Shown: piece after piece, positions 1-13,000 of the stretch
Numbering within the stretch: position 1 is the first letter of the stretch
Layout of the letters: each line of letters begins with the position of its first letter
Assembly (NCBI RefSeq): GCF_036365525.1
Contig: NW_027141701.1
Coordinates: 124,001 to 188,000 of the forward strand
Direction: 5' to 3'
Length of the DNA stretch: 64,000 nucleotides
From: Heterodontus francisci
Taxonomy: Eukaryota
Notes under the pieces: generated by a model
Told to the model about the DNA's origin: nothing
What the model saw: only the letters and a program-made list of their open reading frames with translations
Database searches by the model: none
Made by a program: the position numbers and the translations under genes

Positions 1-487
1 ATATAAATGTTAAAGATGCTCTAGAATGTTTCAGGGCTCCTTGTCTTACTCCACCCGCCTGTGCTAATAGTTAGGCAGGGTCCATCCCTAAGATAGTCAG
101 TATTGCCCTTGTCAGCAGGAACATCTCAATCAGTTGCATCTTCCAGCCCCTCCTGGACCATTCGCCGTTCCACCACACTTTTACATGTCTACTTTAAACC
201 TGAGCAAACACGAGTTCCTGTTGACACTATTTGTGGTTTCCTGTATCTGGGGTTGACTTGGTCTGTGGTGCAGCCTTTAATGTTGCCTGTGTATCCTTTA
301 GGTTACTTTTACAGCTACCTTCTCCCTTAACCCATTGTTTATCTTACAGTTTCCAATATCCCCTCCACACTGATTTGCCATCCTGCTTATTGACATTGGA
401 GTGTCACTGGTCTTCCTTGGAGGTAGACTCACTCTGCAAACCTTTCCCTTTTTCAATTCACAGCTCCTGGTTTCTAAATCTTTTTCG

Positions 488-546
488 CCCAGAGACTACT
501 GTAGTTTTATTCTGATTGGACACAAATATGCCAACGAACCAATCAG
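488..546 (+). promoter_or_regulatory. Candidate class I proximal promoter: X1-like CCCAGAGAC, Y box CTGATTGG and opposing CCAATCAG
   Basis: CCCAGAGAC at 488-496, CTGATTGG at 512-519, CCAATCAG at 539-546, about 350-410 bp upstream of the ATG. X-Y spacing looks shorter than in the mammalian SXY module. Confidence 0.4.
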
Positions 547-599
547 TATGCAGCAGTCTGAATAACCAACAACATCTTCTGATTTAATGCAATCAGCAC

Positions 600-832
600 T
601 GGGCACAGCTCACAGACCCAGAACACGGGGCAGAGGAATCACACAGTCTGAACTGGACACAGCTCACAGACCCAGAACACGGGGCAGAGAAATCACACAG
701 TCTGAACTGGGCACAGCTCACAGACCCAGAACACGGGGCAGAGGAATCACACAGTCTGAACTGGACACAGCTCACAGACCCAGAACACGGGGCAGAGGAA
801 TCACACAGTCTGAACTGGACACAGCTCAGAGC
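600..832 (+). repeat. 54-bp minisatellite, about 4.3 copies, just upstream of the start codon
   Basis: Unit ACAGCTCACAGACCCAGAACACGGGGCAGAGGAATCACACAGTCTGAACTGG(A/G)C recurs at 605, 659, 713, 767. Confidence 0.95.
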
Positions 833-899
833 CCGAGACAGTATTTGGGAAAAGGATTCCCCACAAACTGTTCATCCCAGACTGTTGAGGGAAGCAACA

Positions 900-948
900 A
901 TGATTGGAGTGATAGAACTGGTCCTCCTGTGTGGAGGAGTCTCTGCAG
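900..948 (+). CDS. UAA: MHC class I exon 1, signal peptide MIGVIELVLLCGGVSA
   Basis: ATG at 900 in context ACAATGA; 16 codons plus 1 nt, then donor CAG|GTGAGT; resembles shark class I leaders ending in ...LLCGGVSA. Confidence 0.88.
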
Positions 949-3900
949 GTGAGTAATGGGGACTGAGAGGGTCTCAGTGCCAGGCTGGGTACTGGGGCAT
1001 TAACCCTTGGTCAGTGGGTAATGGGCTCTGAGAGGACTCAGTGCCAGGCTGGGTACTGGGGCATTAACCCTTGGTCAGTGGGTAATGGGCTCTGAGAGGG
1101 TTTCAGTGCTAGACTGGGCACTGGGACTGGAGAATGGAGAGAGACTTTAGGGGGAGTGAGGGACATGGGACTGCAGAATGGAGATAGAGAGAGAGAACGA
1201 TAGCAACAGCATTTGTATTTGATCATAATTGATTTGTACCTCAACTTCATTTACCATTTCCACCTCTGTAATATCACCCTCTCTCAGCTCTTCTGCTGCT
1301 GAAACCTCATCCATGTCTTTGTTACTTTCAGACGTCACTATTCTAACACATTCCTGACTTGCCTCTCACATTCTACCCTCTGTAACCTTGCGGTCATCCA
1401 AAACCTTGCTGCCCATTTCCTAACTTGCACCAAATCCCATTCACCCATCACCCCTGTGCTCACTGACCTACACTCGCACCCAGTTAAACAAATATCAATT
1501 TGAAAATTCTCATCCATATTTTCAAATCCCTCCATGGCTTCGTCCCTTCCAACCTCTGTAACACCCTCCGGTTCCACAACCCTCTGAGATATCTGTACTG
1601 CTCTAATTCTGGCCTCTGGAACATCCCTGATTTTAAACGTTCCACCATTGGTGCCCTTACCTTTGATTGACAAGGCCTCAGGCTCTGGAATTCCCTCCCT
1701 ACACCTCTCCACCTCTCTAACTCACTTTCCTCCTTTAAGACACACCTGAAAACCTACCTCTTTAACCAAGCTTTTGATCCACTGTTCTAATATCTCCTTA
1801 TGTGGCACTCTGTCATATTTTGTTTTGTAATGCCCCTGTGAAGCACTTTGGGATATTGTGTAATGTCACAGGCACTATATAAATACAAGTTCTTGTTGTT
1901 TCCCAGCTTTGCTCCATTATCCCTTGATACCCTTAGTGAACAAATATCTCTCATTTTGAAAACTCCAATTGATCCCCAGCATCCAGAGCCTTTTGATCGA
2001 GCGATTTCCAAATTTCCACTGGCCTTTGTGTGAAGAAGTCTTTCTTGACATCACCCCTGAACGGCATAGCTCCAATGTGAAGACTATATCCCCATATTCG
2101 TCATTCCCCCAATCAGGAAGTAGTTTTGCTGTATCTATTCTATCAAATTCTTGTAACATTTTAATCACTTCAATAATTCACCCTTTAATCTTCTAAACAC
2201 GAGAGAATATGAGCCATATCTAAGCAATTTGTCCTGAACCCAATCAATCTGCCCTGTACCCACTCCAAGCCCAATAGATCATTCCAGAGGTGCAGTGTTC
2301 AGAACTAAACACAGCTCTCCAGATGTGCTCTAGCCAAAGCTCTGTTCAGCTGGAGCATAAATCCACCCCTATGGATAACAGGGGCTCTGTATTGTGTTGT
2401 GTTATGTTGGGGTTTATTTACAGGCCCTCTGTGATGTGTACTGGTTTATTTACAGAGGCTCTGAGTTATGTTGGGTTTTATTTACAGGATGCTCTGTTGT
2501 GTTGAGGTTTAGTTACAGGGACCATGTGTTGTGTTGGTGTTTATTTCCAGGGGCTCTGTGTTGTGTTGGGGTTTATTTACAGGGGCTCTGTGTTGTGCTG
2601 GGGTTTATTTACAGGGGCTCTGTGTTGTGCTGGGGTTTATTTCCAGGGGCTCTGTGTTGTGTTGGTGTTTATTTATAGGGGCTCTGTGTTGTGCTGGGGT
2701 TTATTTACAGGGGCTCTGTGTTGTGTTGGTGTTTATTTACAGGGGCTCTGTGTTGTGTTGTGTTTATTTACAGGGGCTCTGTGTTGTGTTGTGTTTATTT
2801 ACAGGGGCTCTGTGTTGTGTTGGTGTTTATTTACAGGGGCTCTGTGTTGTATTGGTGTTAATTTCCAGGGGCTCTGTGTTTTATTGGGGTTTATTTACAG
2901 GGGCTCTGTGTTGTGCTGGGGTTTATTTACAGGGGCTCTGTGTTGTGTTGGTGTTTATTTATAGGGGCTCTGTGTTGTGCTGGGGTTTATTTACAGGGGC
3001 TCCGTGTTGTGTTGGTGTTTATTTTCAGGGGCTCTGTGTTGTGTTGTGTTTATTTACAGGGGCTCTGTGTTGTGTTGTGTTTATTTACAGGGGCTCTGTG
3101 TTGTGTTGGTGTTTATTTATAGGGGCTCTGTGTTGTATTGGTATTAATTTCCAGGGGCTCTGTGTTATGTTGGGGTTTATTTATAGGGGCTCTGTGTTGT
3201 GCTGGGGTTTATTTATAAGGGCTCTGTGTTGTGTTGGGGTTTATTTCCAGGGGCTCTGTGTTGTATTGGTGTTAATTTCCAGGGGCTCTGTGTTATGTTG
3301 GGGTTTATTTATAGGGGCTCTGTGTTGTGCTGGGGTTTATTTATAAGGGCTCTGTGTTGTGTTGGGGTTTATTTCCAGGGGCTCTGTTTTGTGTTGGTGT
3401 TTATTTATAGGGGCTCTGTGTTTTATTGGGGTTTATTTCCAGGGGCTCTGTGTTGTGTTGGTGTTTATTTACAGGGGCTCTGTGTTGCATTGGTGTTAAT
3501 TTCCAGGGGCTATGTGTTATGTTGGGGTTTATTTATAGGGGCTCTGTGTTGTGTTGGGGTATAATTACAGGGGCTCTGTGTTGTGCTGGGGTTTATTTAT
3601 AGGGGCTCTGTGTTGTGTTGGGGTTTATTTCCAGGAGCTCTGTTTTGTGTTGGTGTTTATTTATAGGGGCTCTGTGTTTTATTGGGATTTATTTACAGGG
3701 GCTCTGTGTTGTGTTGGTGTTTATTTACAGGGGCTCTGTGTTGTATTGATGTTAATTTCCAGGGGCTCTGTGTTATGTTGGGGTTTATTTATAGGGGCTC
3801 TGTGTTTTATTGGGGTTTATTTACAGGGGCTCTGTGTTGTGTTGGTGTTTATTTACAGGGGCTCTGTGTTGTGTTGGTGTTTATTTACAGGGGCTCTGTG

Positions 3901-4842
3901 TTGTGTTGGTGTTTATTTATAGGGGCTCTGTGTTGTATTGATGTTAATTTCCAGGGGCTCTGTGTTGTGTTGTATTTATTTACAGGGGCTCTGTGTTGTG
4001 TTGGTGTTTATTTACAGGGGCTCTGTGTTGTGTTGGTGTTTATTTACAGGGGCTCTGTGTTGTGTTGGTGTTTATTTATAGGGGCTCTGTGTTGTGTTGG
4101 TGTTTATTTCCAGGGGCTCTGTGTTGTGTTGGTGTTTATTTACAGGGGCTCTATGTTGTGTTGTGTGGGTGTTTATTTCCAGGGGCTCTGTGTTGTGTTG
4201 GGGTTTATTTACAGGGCCTCTATGTTGTGTTGTGTCGGTGTTTATTTCCAGGGGCTCTGTGTTGTGTTGGGGTTTATTTACAGGGGCTCTGTGTTGTGTT
4301 GGTGTTTATTCATATGGGCTCTATTTTGTGTTGCTTGGATGCATCTTTGGGTTCATATACTGTCACTGTGGGTTTTGTGTTTGGGCTTCTTGCCCTGATG
4401 TCACTCTCTATATATGTATGGCATTGCTGTTTTAGGCTTTATGCTCTGATATCTGTGGGAGATGGGGTGTCTGTGTGAGCGCGCAGTTGAGGATTTGGGG
4501 TTCATCTCCTGATGTCCCTCTGTCGCTCTCTGTGGCCTTGATGTTTTGGGGTTCATGCCCTGATGTCTCTCTCTCTCTCTCTCTCTGTGGTGTTGGTGTT
4601 TTGGGGTTCATGCCCTGATGTCTCTCTCTCTCTCTCTCTCTCTGGGGTTGATGTTTTGGGGTTCATGCCCTGATGTCTCTCTCTCTCTCTCTCTCTGGGG
4701 TTGGTGTTTTGGGGTTCATGCCCTGATGTCTCTCTCTCTCTCTCTCTCTCTCTGTGGTGTTGGTGTTTTGGGGTTCATGCCCTGATGTCTCTCTCTCTCT
4801 CTCTTTCTCTCTCTGGAGTTGGTGTTTTGGGGTTCATGCCCT

Positions 4843-4875
<33 letters not shown>

Positions 4876-7048
4876 GGTTGGTGTTTTGGGGTTCATGCCC
4901 TGATGTCTCTCTCTCTCTCTCTCTCTCTGGGGTTGTTGTTTTGGGGTTCATGCCCTGATGTCTCTCTCTCTCTCTCTGGGGTTGGTGTTTTGGGGTTCAT
5001 GCCCTGATGTCTCTCTCTCTCTCTGTGGGGTTGATGTTTTGGGGTTCATGCCCTGATGTCTCTCTCTCTCTCTGTGGGGTTGTTGTTTTGGGGTTCATGC
5101 CCTGATGTCTCTCTCTCTCTCTCTGGGGTTGGTGTTTTGGGGTTCATGCCCTGATGTCTCTCTCTCTCTCTCTGTGGGGTTGATGTTTTGGGGTTCATGC
5201 CCTGATCTCTCTCTCTCTCTCTCTCTGTGGGGTTGATGTTTTGGGGTTCATGCCCTGATGTCTTTCTCTCTCTCTCTTTGTGCGTTTGGTGTTTCAGCGT
5301 TCATGCCCTGATGTCTTTCTCTCTCTGTGGGGTTGTTGATTTGGGGTTCATGCCCTGATGTCTCTCTCTCTCTCTCTCTCTCTCTGTGGGGTTGTTGTTT
5401 TGGGGTTCATGCCCTGATGTCTCTCTCTCTGTGGGGTTGATGTTTTGGGGTTCATGCCCTGATGTCTCTCTTTCTCTGTGGGGTTGGTGTTTTGGGGTTC
5501 ATGCCCTGATGTCTCTCTCTCTCTGTGGGGTTGGTGTTTTGGGGTTCATGCCCTGATGTCTCTCTCTCTCTCTCTGTGGGGTTGATGTTTTGGGGTTCAT
5601 GCCCTGATGTCTCTCTCTCTGTGGGGTTGTTGTTTTGGGGTTCATGCCCTGATGTCTCTCTTTCTCTGTGGGGTTGATGTTTTGGGGTTCATGCCCTGCT
5701 GTCTCTCTCTCTCTGTGGGGTTGGTGATTTGGGGTTCATGCCCTGATGTCTCTCTTTCTCTGTGGGGTTGGTATTTTGGGGTTCATGCCCTGATGTCTTT
5801 CTCTCTCTCTCTTTGTGGGGTTGGTGTTTTGGGGTTCATGCCCTGATGTGTCTCTCTGTGCGGTTGATGTTTTGGGGTTCATGCCCTGATGTCTTTCTCT
5901 CTCTCTCTCTGTGGGGTTGGTGATTTGGGGTTCATGCCCTGATGTCTCTCTTTCTCTGTGGGGTTGGTATTTTGGGGTTCATGCCCTGATGTCTTTCTCT
6001 CTCTGTGGGGTTGATGTTTTGGGGTTCATGCCCTGATGTCTCTCTTTCTCTCTCTGTGGGGTTGGTGTTTTAGGGTTCATGCCCTGATGTCTCTCTCTCT
6101 TTCTCTCTGTGGGGTTGATGTTTTGGGGTTCATGCCCTGATGTCTCTCTCTCTCTCTCTCACTCTGTGTGGTGTTGATGATTTGGGGTTCATGCCCTGAT
6201 GTCTCTCTCTGTGAGGTTGGTGTTTTGGGGTTCATGCCCTGATGTCTCTCTCTCTCTCTCTCTGTTGGGTTTGTGTTTTGGGGTTCATGCCCTGATGTCT
6301 CTCTCTCTCTCTCTCGCTCTGTGGGGTTGTGTTTTGGGGTTCATGCCCTGATGTCTCTCTCTGTGGTGTTGATGTTTTGAGGTTGATGCCCTGATGTCTC
6401 TCTCTCTCTCTCTCTCTCTCTGTGAGGTTGGTGTTTTGGGGTTCATGCCCTGATGTCTCTCTCTCTCTCTCTCTGTTGGGTTTGTGTTTTGGGGTTTATG
6501 CCCTGATGTCTCTCTCTTTCTCTCTCTGTTGGGTTTGTGTTTTGGGGTTTATGCCCTGATGTCTCTCTCTGTGGTGTTGATGATTTGAGGTTGATGCCCT
6601 GATGTCTCTCTCTCTCTCTCTGTTGGGTTTGTGTTTTGGGGTTCATGCCCTGATGTCTCTCTCTCTGTGGGGCTGTTGATTTGGGGTTCATGCCCTGAGC
6701 TCTCTCTCTGTGCAGTTGGTGTTTTAGCGTTGATGCCCTGATGTCTTTCTATCTCTGTGGGGTTGATGTTTTGGGGTTGATGCCCTGATGTCTCTCTCTC
6801 TCTCTCTCTCTCTGTTGGGTTTGTGTTTTGGGGTTCATGCTCTGATGTCTCACTCGCTCTGTGGGGTTGGTGATTTGGGGTTCATGCCCTGATGTCTCTC
6901 TCTCTCTCTCTCTCTCTCTCTGTTGGGTTTGTGTTTTGGGGTTCATGCTCTGATGTCTCACTCGCTCTGTGGGGTTGGTGTTTTGGGGTTCATGCCCTGA
7001 TGTCTCTCTCTCGCTCTGTGGGGTTGGTGATTTGGGGTTCATGCTCTG

Positions 7049-7083
<35 letters not shown>

Positions 7084-10000
7084 GGGTTGATGTTTTGGGG
7101 TTCATGCCCTGATGTCTCTCTCTCTCTCTCTCTGTTGGGTTTGTGTTTTGGGGTTCATGCTCTGATGTCTCACTCGCTCTGTGGGGTTGGTGATTTGGGG
7201 TTGATGCCCTGATGTCTCTCTCTCTCTCTCTCTCTGTGGTGTTGATGTTTTCGTGTTCATGCCCTGATGTCTCTCTCTCTTTCTCTCTGTTGGGTTGGTG
7301 TTTTGGGGTTCATGCTCTGATGTCTCTCTCTCTCTCTCTCTGTTGGGTTTGTGTTTTGGGGTTCATGCTCTGATGTCTCACTCGCTCTGTGGGGTTGGTG
7401 ATTTGGAGTTGATGCCCTGATGTCTCTCTCTCTCTCTTTCTCTCTGTTGGGTTGGTGTTTTGGGGTTCATGCCTGATGTCTTTCTGTGTTTCAGGATCTC
7501 ACTCTCTCCGGTATTTCTACACGGCAATGACCCCGATTCCTGGTCTGCCAGAGTTTGTGGCCGTCGGTTATGTGGACGATGCTACGATTGATTACTACGA
7601 CAGCAATCTTCAGGAAGTAATCTCTCGGCAGCAGTGGATGGCGGAGAGTCAGGGCCCTGAGTACTGGGAACAGCAGACACAGATCCTGCGGAGTTCGGAG
7701 CACATTGGACAGACCAATATTCAGACCGCCTTAAACCGGACCAACCAGACGGGTGGTGAGACCTTGCCCTCCCACAATGCTCTCTATTCCCGCACCACTG
7801 TTTCTCTCTACATTTTCCTCATGTCTATTTACTGTCTCATATTCCTAAATTCAAGCCTCACCGTGTCTCTCTATTCCCCACCGTTGTGTCTATTTCCCCC
7901 TCCCATATTTGTCTATTCCACCACCCTGTCTCTCTATTCCTCTCTCCGTGTCTCTCTATTCCCCCATCTCTCTCTATTCCCCTCCAAGTCTCTCTTTTCC
8001 ACCAAGGTGTCTTCCTATTGGACCCCCATCTCTCAATTGCCTCCTCCCCCACATCTCTCTCTACACCACTCTGTGCCTCTCTACTCCACCCCAGTGTCTC
8101 TCTATTCCCAACCCCCAACCCCTCCCCCCCCCGCCCCCCAAACCCCATCATGTCTCTCTATTCCCTCCAAGTCTCACTGTTCCACTACGGTGTCTTTCTA
8201 TTAGACCCCAGTCTCTCAACTGCCTCCCCCACAATGTTTCTCTATACACCCATCCGTCTCTCTCTCTCTCTATGCCCCCCGTGTCTCTGTATTTCACCCC
8301 TTTGCTGCTCTATTTTCACCCCAGTAACTCTCTATATCCCCTCCCATGTCTCTCTATTCCTCCATCTGTCTTTATTCTACCCCCATGTCTCTCTATTCCT
8401 CCCTCCCGTATCTCTCTATTCCCCCCACATATCTATTTGACACTCCATGCCTTCATAGTGAGAGGATTCGAGTACAGAAGCAGGGATGTCTTGTTGCAAT
8501 TATACAGGGCCTTGGTGAGGCCACACCTGAAATATTGTGAGCAGTTTTGGTCTCCTTATCTGAGGAAGGATGTTCTTGCTATAGAGGGAGTGCAGCAAAG
8601 GTTTAACAGACTGATTCCTGGGATGGCGGGACTGAGGTATGAGGAAAGATTAAGTCGCTAAGGATTATATTCGCTGGAGTTCAGAAGAGTGAGGGAGAAT
8701 CTCATACAAACCTATAAAATTCTAACAGGGCTTGAACCTTTCAGGACTGAGATGTGGAGAACTTTCTTTACCCAGAGAATGGTGAGCCTGTGGAATTCAC
8801 TACCACAGAAAGCAGTTGAGGCCAAAACATTGTATGTTTTCAAGAAGGAGTTAGATATAGCTCTTGGGTCTAAAGGGATCAAAGGGTATGGGGCGAAAGC
8901 GGGACCAGGTTACTGAGTTGGATTTAGATTTAGATTTAGAGATACAGCACTGAAACAGGCCCTTCGGCCCACCGAGTCTGTGCCGACCATTAACCACCCA
9001 TTTATACTAATCCTATACATATTTCTACTACATCCCCCACCTGTCTCTATATTTCCCTACCACCTACCTATACTAGGGGCAATTTATAATGGCCAATTTA
9101 CCTATCAACCTGCAAGTCTATTGGCTGTGGGAGGAAACCGGAGCACCCGGAGAAAACCCACGCAGACACAGGGAGAACTTGCAAACTTCACACAGGCAGT
9201 ACCCAGAATTGAACCCAGGTCGCTGGAGCTGTGAGGCTGCGGTGCTAACCACAGCGATCAGCTATGATCATAATGAATGGTGGAGCAGGCTCGAAGGGCC
9301 GAATGTCCTACTCCTGCTCCAATTTTCTATGTTTCTATGTATGTTTCTATTCCCCCAACTCCCCTGGTTTTTCTCAACTCCCGTGTCACTATCCCACCAC
9401 GCACACCCCCCCCCCCCCCACCGTCTCTCTCTGAACCCTCCCCATGTCCCTCTTTTCCCCTCCTGTGTCTCTCTTTTCCCCTCCTGTGTCTCTCTATCTA
9501 TTCCCCTCCTGTGTCTCTCTATCTTTTCCCCTCCTATGTCTCTCGATCTATTCCGCTCCTGTGTCTCACTATTCCCCTCCATATCTATTTCCCATCCCAT
9601 TTCTAACTGTTCCCCCACCCTCCCTAGTTTTTCTCTTCTTCCCACACCCTGTTTCTCTCTCTCTCTCTCTCTTCACTCCTCATGCCTTTCTGTTCCCCTG
9701 GGGAGAATTTTACAGACCCCCTGACATCAGGGGTTGTGGTGTGGGGAGTCCGGAAAATGCCTGAGGGACAGGCTCACCACAGACCATGATGCCGGGAAGG
9801 CCTGGCCCGATATTGCCGGCGGTGACGAGGCCTCATGGCGGCACTCCCACCGCTTGGCGTCGGGAGCCCAATTTAAATACATAAATTAATTTAAATAAAC
9901 AAAGAAATTCCCTTTACACTCCCGCCGTCTGTCCTGGTGTGATATTTGTGTCAGTGGCCGGCAATCCCACACCTTCGGATCCCCGTCCAGGGATTAAAGG

Positions 10001-13000
10001 CGGAACACTGGTGGAGAGGGCGGAGCAGGTGTGTTTCTCTGTGTGGAGAGGAGGGAGTTGGGTCACAGTTATCTCATTGGTGCAGGGGATGGGGGGGAAG
10101 GGGTGAAGTGTAAAGTTGATGCACATTGTGGGGGGAAGGTCAGGTGCGCAAGGTAACTGTTTTGTAGGGGGAGAGGGCTGGTAATTTAATCGATGGTTAT
10201 TGGGGGGGGTTGGTGGGAGAGGGGCAAGATCAATTTATTTAATTTTTAAAAATCAATCGCTCTTTAAATATTTAAATTGAAATCTAGGGTTGGAAGCCCT
10301 TTAAAAATGGCCTCAGCGCCTGCACAAAAGTAGCTGACGCTGTTGCCGGGGACGGACAGCCGCCCTCTCCATGTCATCGTGGTGGGCGGTCCGAATCGGC
10401 TATTTAAATGAGCCGCCGCACTTAATATCGCGGGGGCTGTGCAATGTGCAGCCCGCCCTGCTTTCGCCCACCGCCGATTATGGTGACAGGACTATAAATT
10501 TCAGCCCCCTGTGTCTCTCTACTCCCCCAACTCGTCTCTCTCTGTTCCCCTACCCCTGCTGTGTCTCAAAAGAACTTAAGAAATAGGAGCAAGAATAGAC
10601 TATTGAGCCTTTTCCAACATTTAAAAGATCATGGCTGATCTTCTATCTCAATTCCACCTTCCTGCACCGTCCTCCCCTCCCTTCATTCCCTTTGCACCCA
10701 AAAATCTATCAACCTTTGTCTTGAATCTACTCAATGAGTGAGCATCCACAGTTCTTTAGGGTGGAGAATTCCAAAGATTCACAACCTTCTGCATGAAGAC
10801 ATTTTTTTTTCAACTCAATCTACAATGACCAACTCCTTATTCTGAGACTGTGACCCCGTATTCTAGATTCCCCGAACAGGGGAATCAACCTCTCAGTGTC
10901 TACTCTGTCAAGCCCCTTCAGAATCTTGTATATTCCAATTAGATCACTTCCCATTCTTCTAAATTCCAGGGAATATAGGTCTACCATACTCAATTTCTTC
11001 TTATAGGCCAATTAACTGCAATCAGTCTAGAGAACCTTTGTTATACTCCATCTCGGGCAAGTACGTTCTTTCCTTAAACTGCACACAATATTCCAGGTGT
11101 GACCTCAACTATACCCTGTGTAATTGTAGTTATCATATCGAAGGTAGAAAAAGTAAACTCACTATTTAAGAAAGGAGGGAGAGAGAAAATAGGTAACTAC
11201 AGACATGTTAGCCCGACATTAGTAGGGGAAATGCTAGAATCTATTATAAAGGATGTGATAACTGGTCACTTAGAAAATAATGGTAGGATTGGGCAGAGTC
11301 ACCATGGATTTATGAAAGGAAAATTATGTTTGACAAACCTGTTGGAATATTTTGAGGATGTAATTAGCAGGATAGATGAGGCGGAACCGGAGGATGTGGT
11401 GTATTTGGATTGTCAGAAGGCATTCGATAAGGTCCCACACAAGAGTAAGTAAGCAAAATTAGAGCACATGGGATTGGGGGTAATATACTGGCATGGACTG
11501 AGAATTGGTTAATGACCAGAAAACATGGAGTAGGAATAAATGGGCCATTTTCAGGTTGGCAGGCTGTGACTACTGGGGTATGGCAGGAATCAGTGCTTGG
11601 ATCCCAGCTATTCACAATCTATATCAATGATTTGGATATAGGGACCAAATGTAATATTTCCAATTATGCTGATGACACAAAACTAGGAGGCAATGTGAGT
11701 TGTGAGGAGCATACAAAGAGGCTTCAAGGGGATTTAGATAGGCTAAGTGAATGGACAAGAACATGACAGGTGGAATATAATGTGGATCCAGAGTATTTCT
11801 TAAATGGTGAGAGAATGGGAAGTGTTGATGTCCAAAGGGACCTGGGTCTCCTTGTTCATCAGTCACTAAAAAGTAACATGCAGGTGTTTAAAAAAAAAAC
11901 GCCACAGTATACAAGGCGATGGGCCAAGTGCTGGAAAATGGGATTAGAATAGTTAGGTGCTTGATGGCTAGTACGAACACGATGGGCCAAAGGGCCTATT
12001 TCTGTGCTGTAGAACTCTATGACTCTAGGTACAGCAAGCAATTAGGAAGGCAAATGGTATGTTGGCCTATATTGCAAGAGGATTTGAGTACAGGAGTGAA
12101 GATGTCTTGCTGCAATTTTATAGAGCCTTGGTGAGACCGTACCTGGAGTGTCGAGTATAGTTTTGGTCTCCTTGCCTCCGGAAGGATATACTTGCCATAG
12201 AGGGAGTGCAACGAAGGTTCACCAAACTGATTCCTGGGATGGTGGGATTGTCCTATGAGGAGAGATTGAGGAGACTGGGCCTGTATGCTCCTGAGTTTGG
12301 AAGAATGATCTCATTGAAGCATACAAAATTCTTCGAAGTCTCGACAAGGTTGATGCAGGATGGAGGTTTCCCCTGGCTGGGGAGTCTCAAACCAGCGGCC
12401 ACAGTCTCAGATTAAGGATTAGGCCATTTAGGACTGAGATGAGGATGAATTTCTTCACTCAGAGGGTAGTAAATCTTAGGAATTCTCTAACCCAGCGGGC
12501 TGTGGAGGCTCAGTCATTGAGTGTGTTCAAGAGAGAGATTGATAGTTCTCTAGATATTGAAGATATCAATGAATATGGGGATAGTGCAGGAGGATGCCCT
12601 TAGGGTAGAAAATCAGCCATGATCTAGTTAAATGGTGGAGTAGGCTCAAGGGGCTGAATGGCCTACTCGCTCCAATTTCCTATGTTCTCTAATCTGATTG
12701 ATTTAATTTAATTAAATCAGCTCATACACCAAGAGGATGCTGAACGACTTGGCCTCTAAAGCTTTGATAAAGTGAATAGTTTGAGCAATGCTGAGAAAGA
12801 GAAAGTAAAGCTCAGCCACGTCATTAGCAACCTCCTCATCCCTGAAGCATTTCCATCGTATTTTGGGGCATTCTTGCTCACCTAAACTCTGAAATGATCT
12901 TGTTCGAGTTTTCCAGCATTTCCACAATCTGTCAATAGCCAGCAGTAGAAAAAGCCACCTGATCACAACGTGCTTCAACAGATTGCACTCCTCCATGCCA

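Noticed and set aside
2394-7212. Many Cys/Val/Gly-rich ORFs
   Set aside because: Frames of intron-1 minisatellites, not genes
4490-7480. CRISPR-like repeat/spacer appearance (also 27480-29527)
   Set aside because: The 'spacers' are (TC)n or near-identical sequence, there are no cas genes, and the context is eukaryotic
7452-8204. 250-aa ORF as a single-exon gene
   Set aside because: Only 7495-7755 is the alpha1 exon; the rest is read-through into intronic low-complexity DNA
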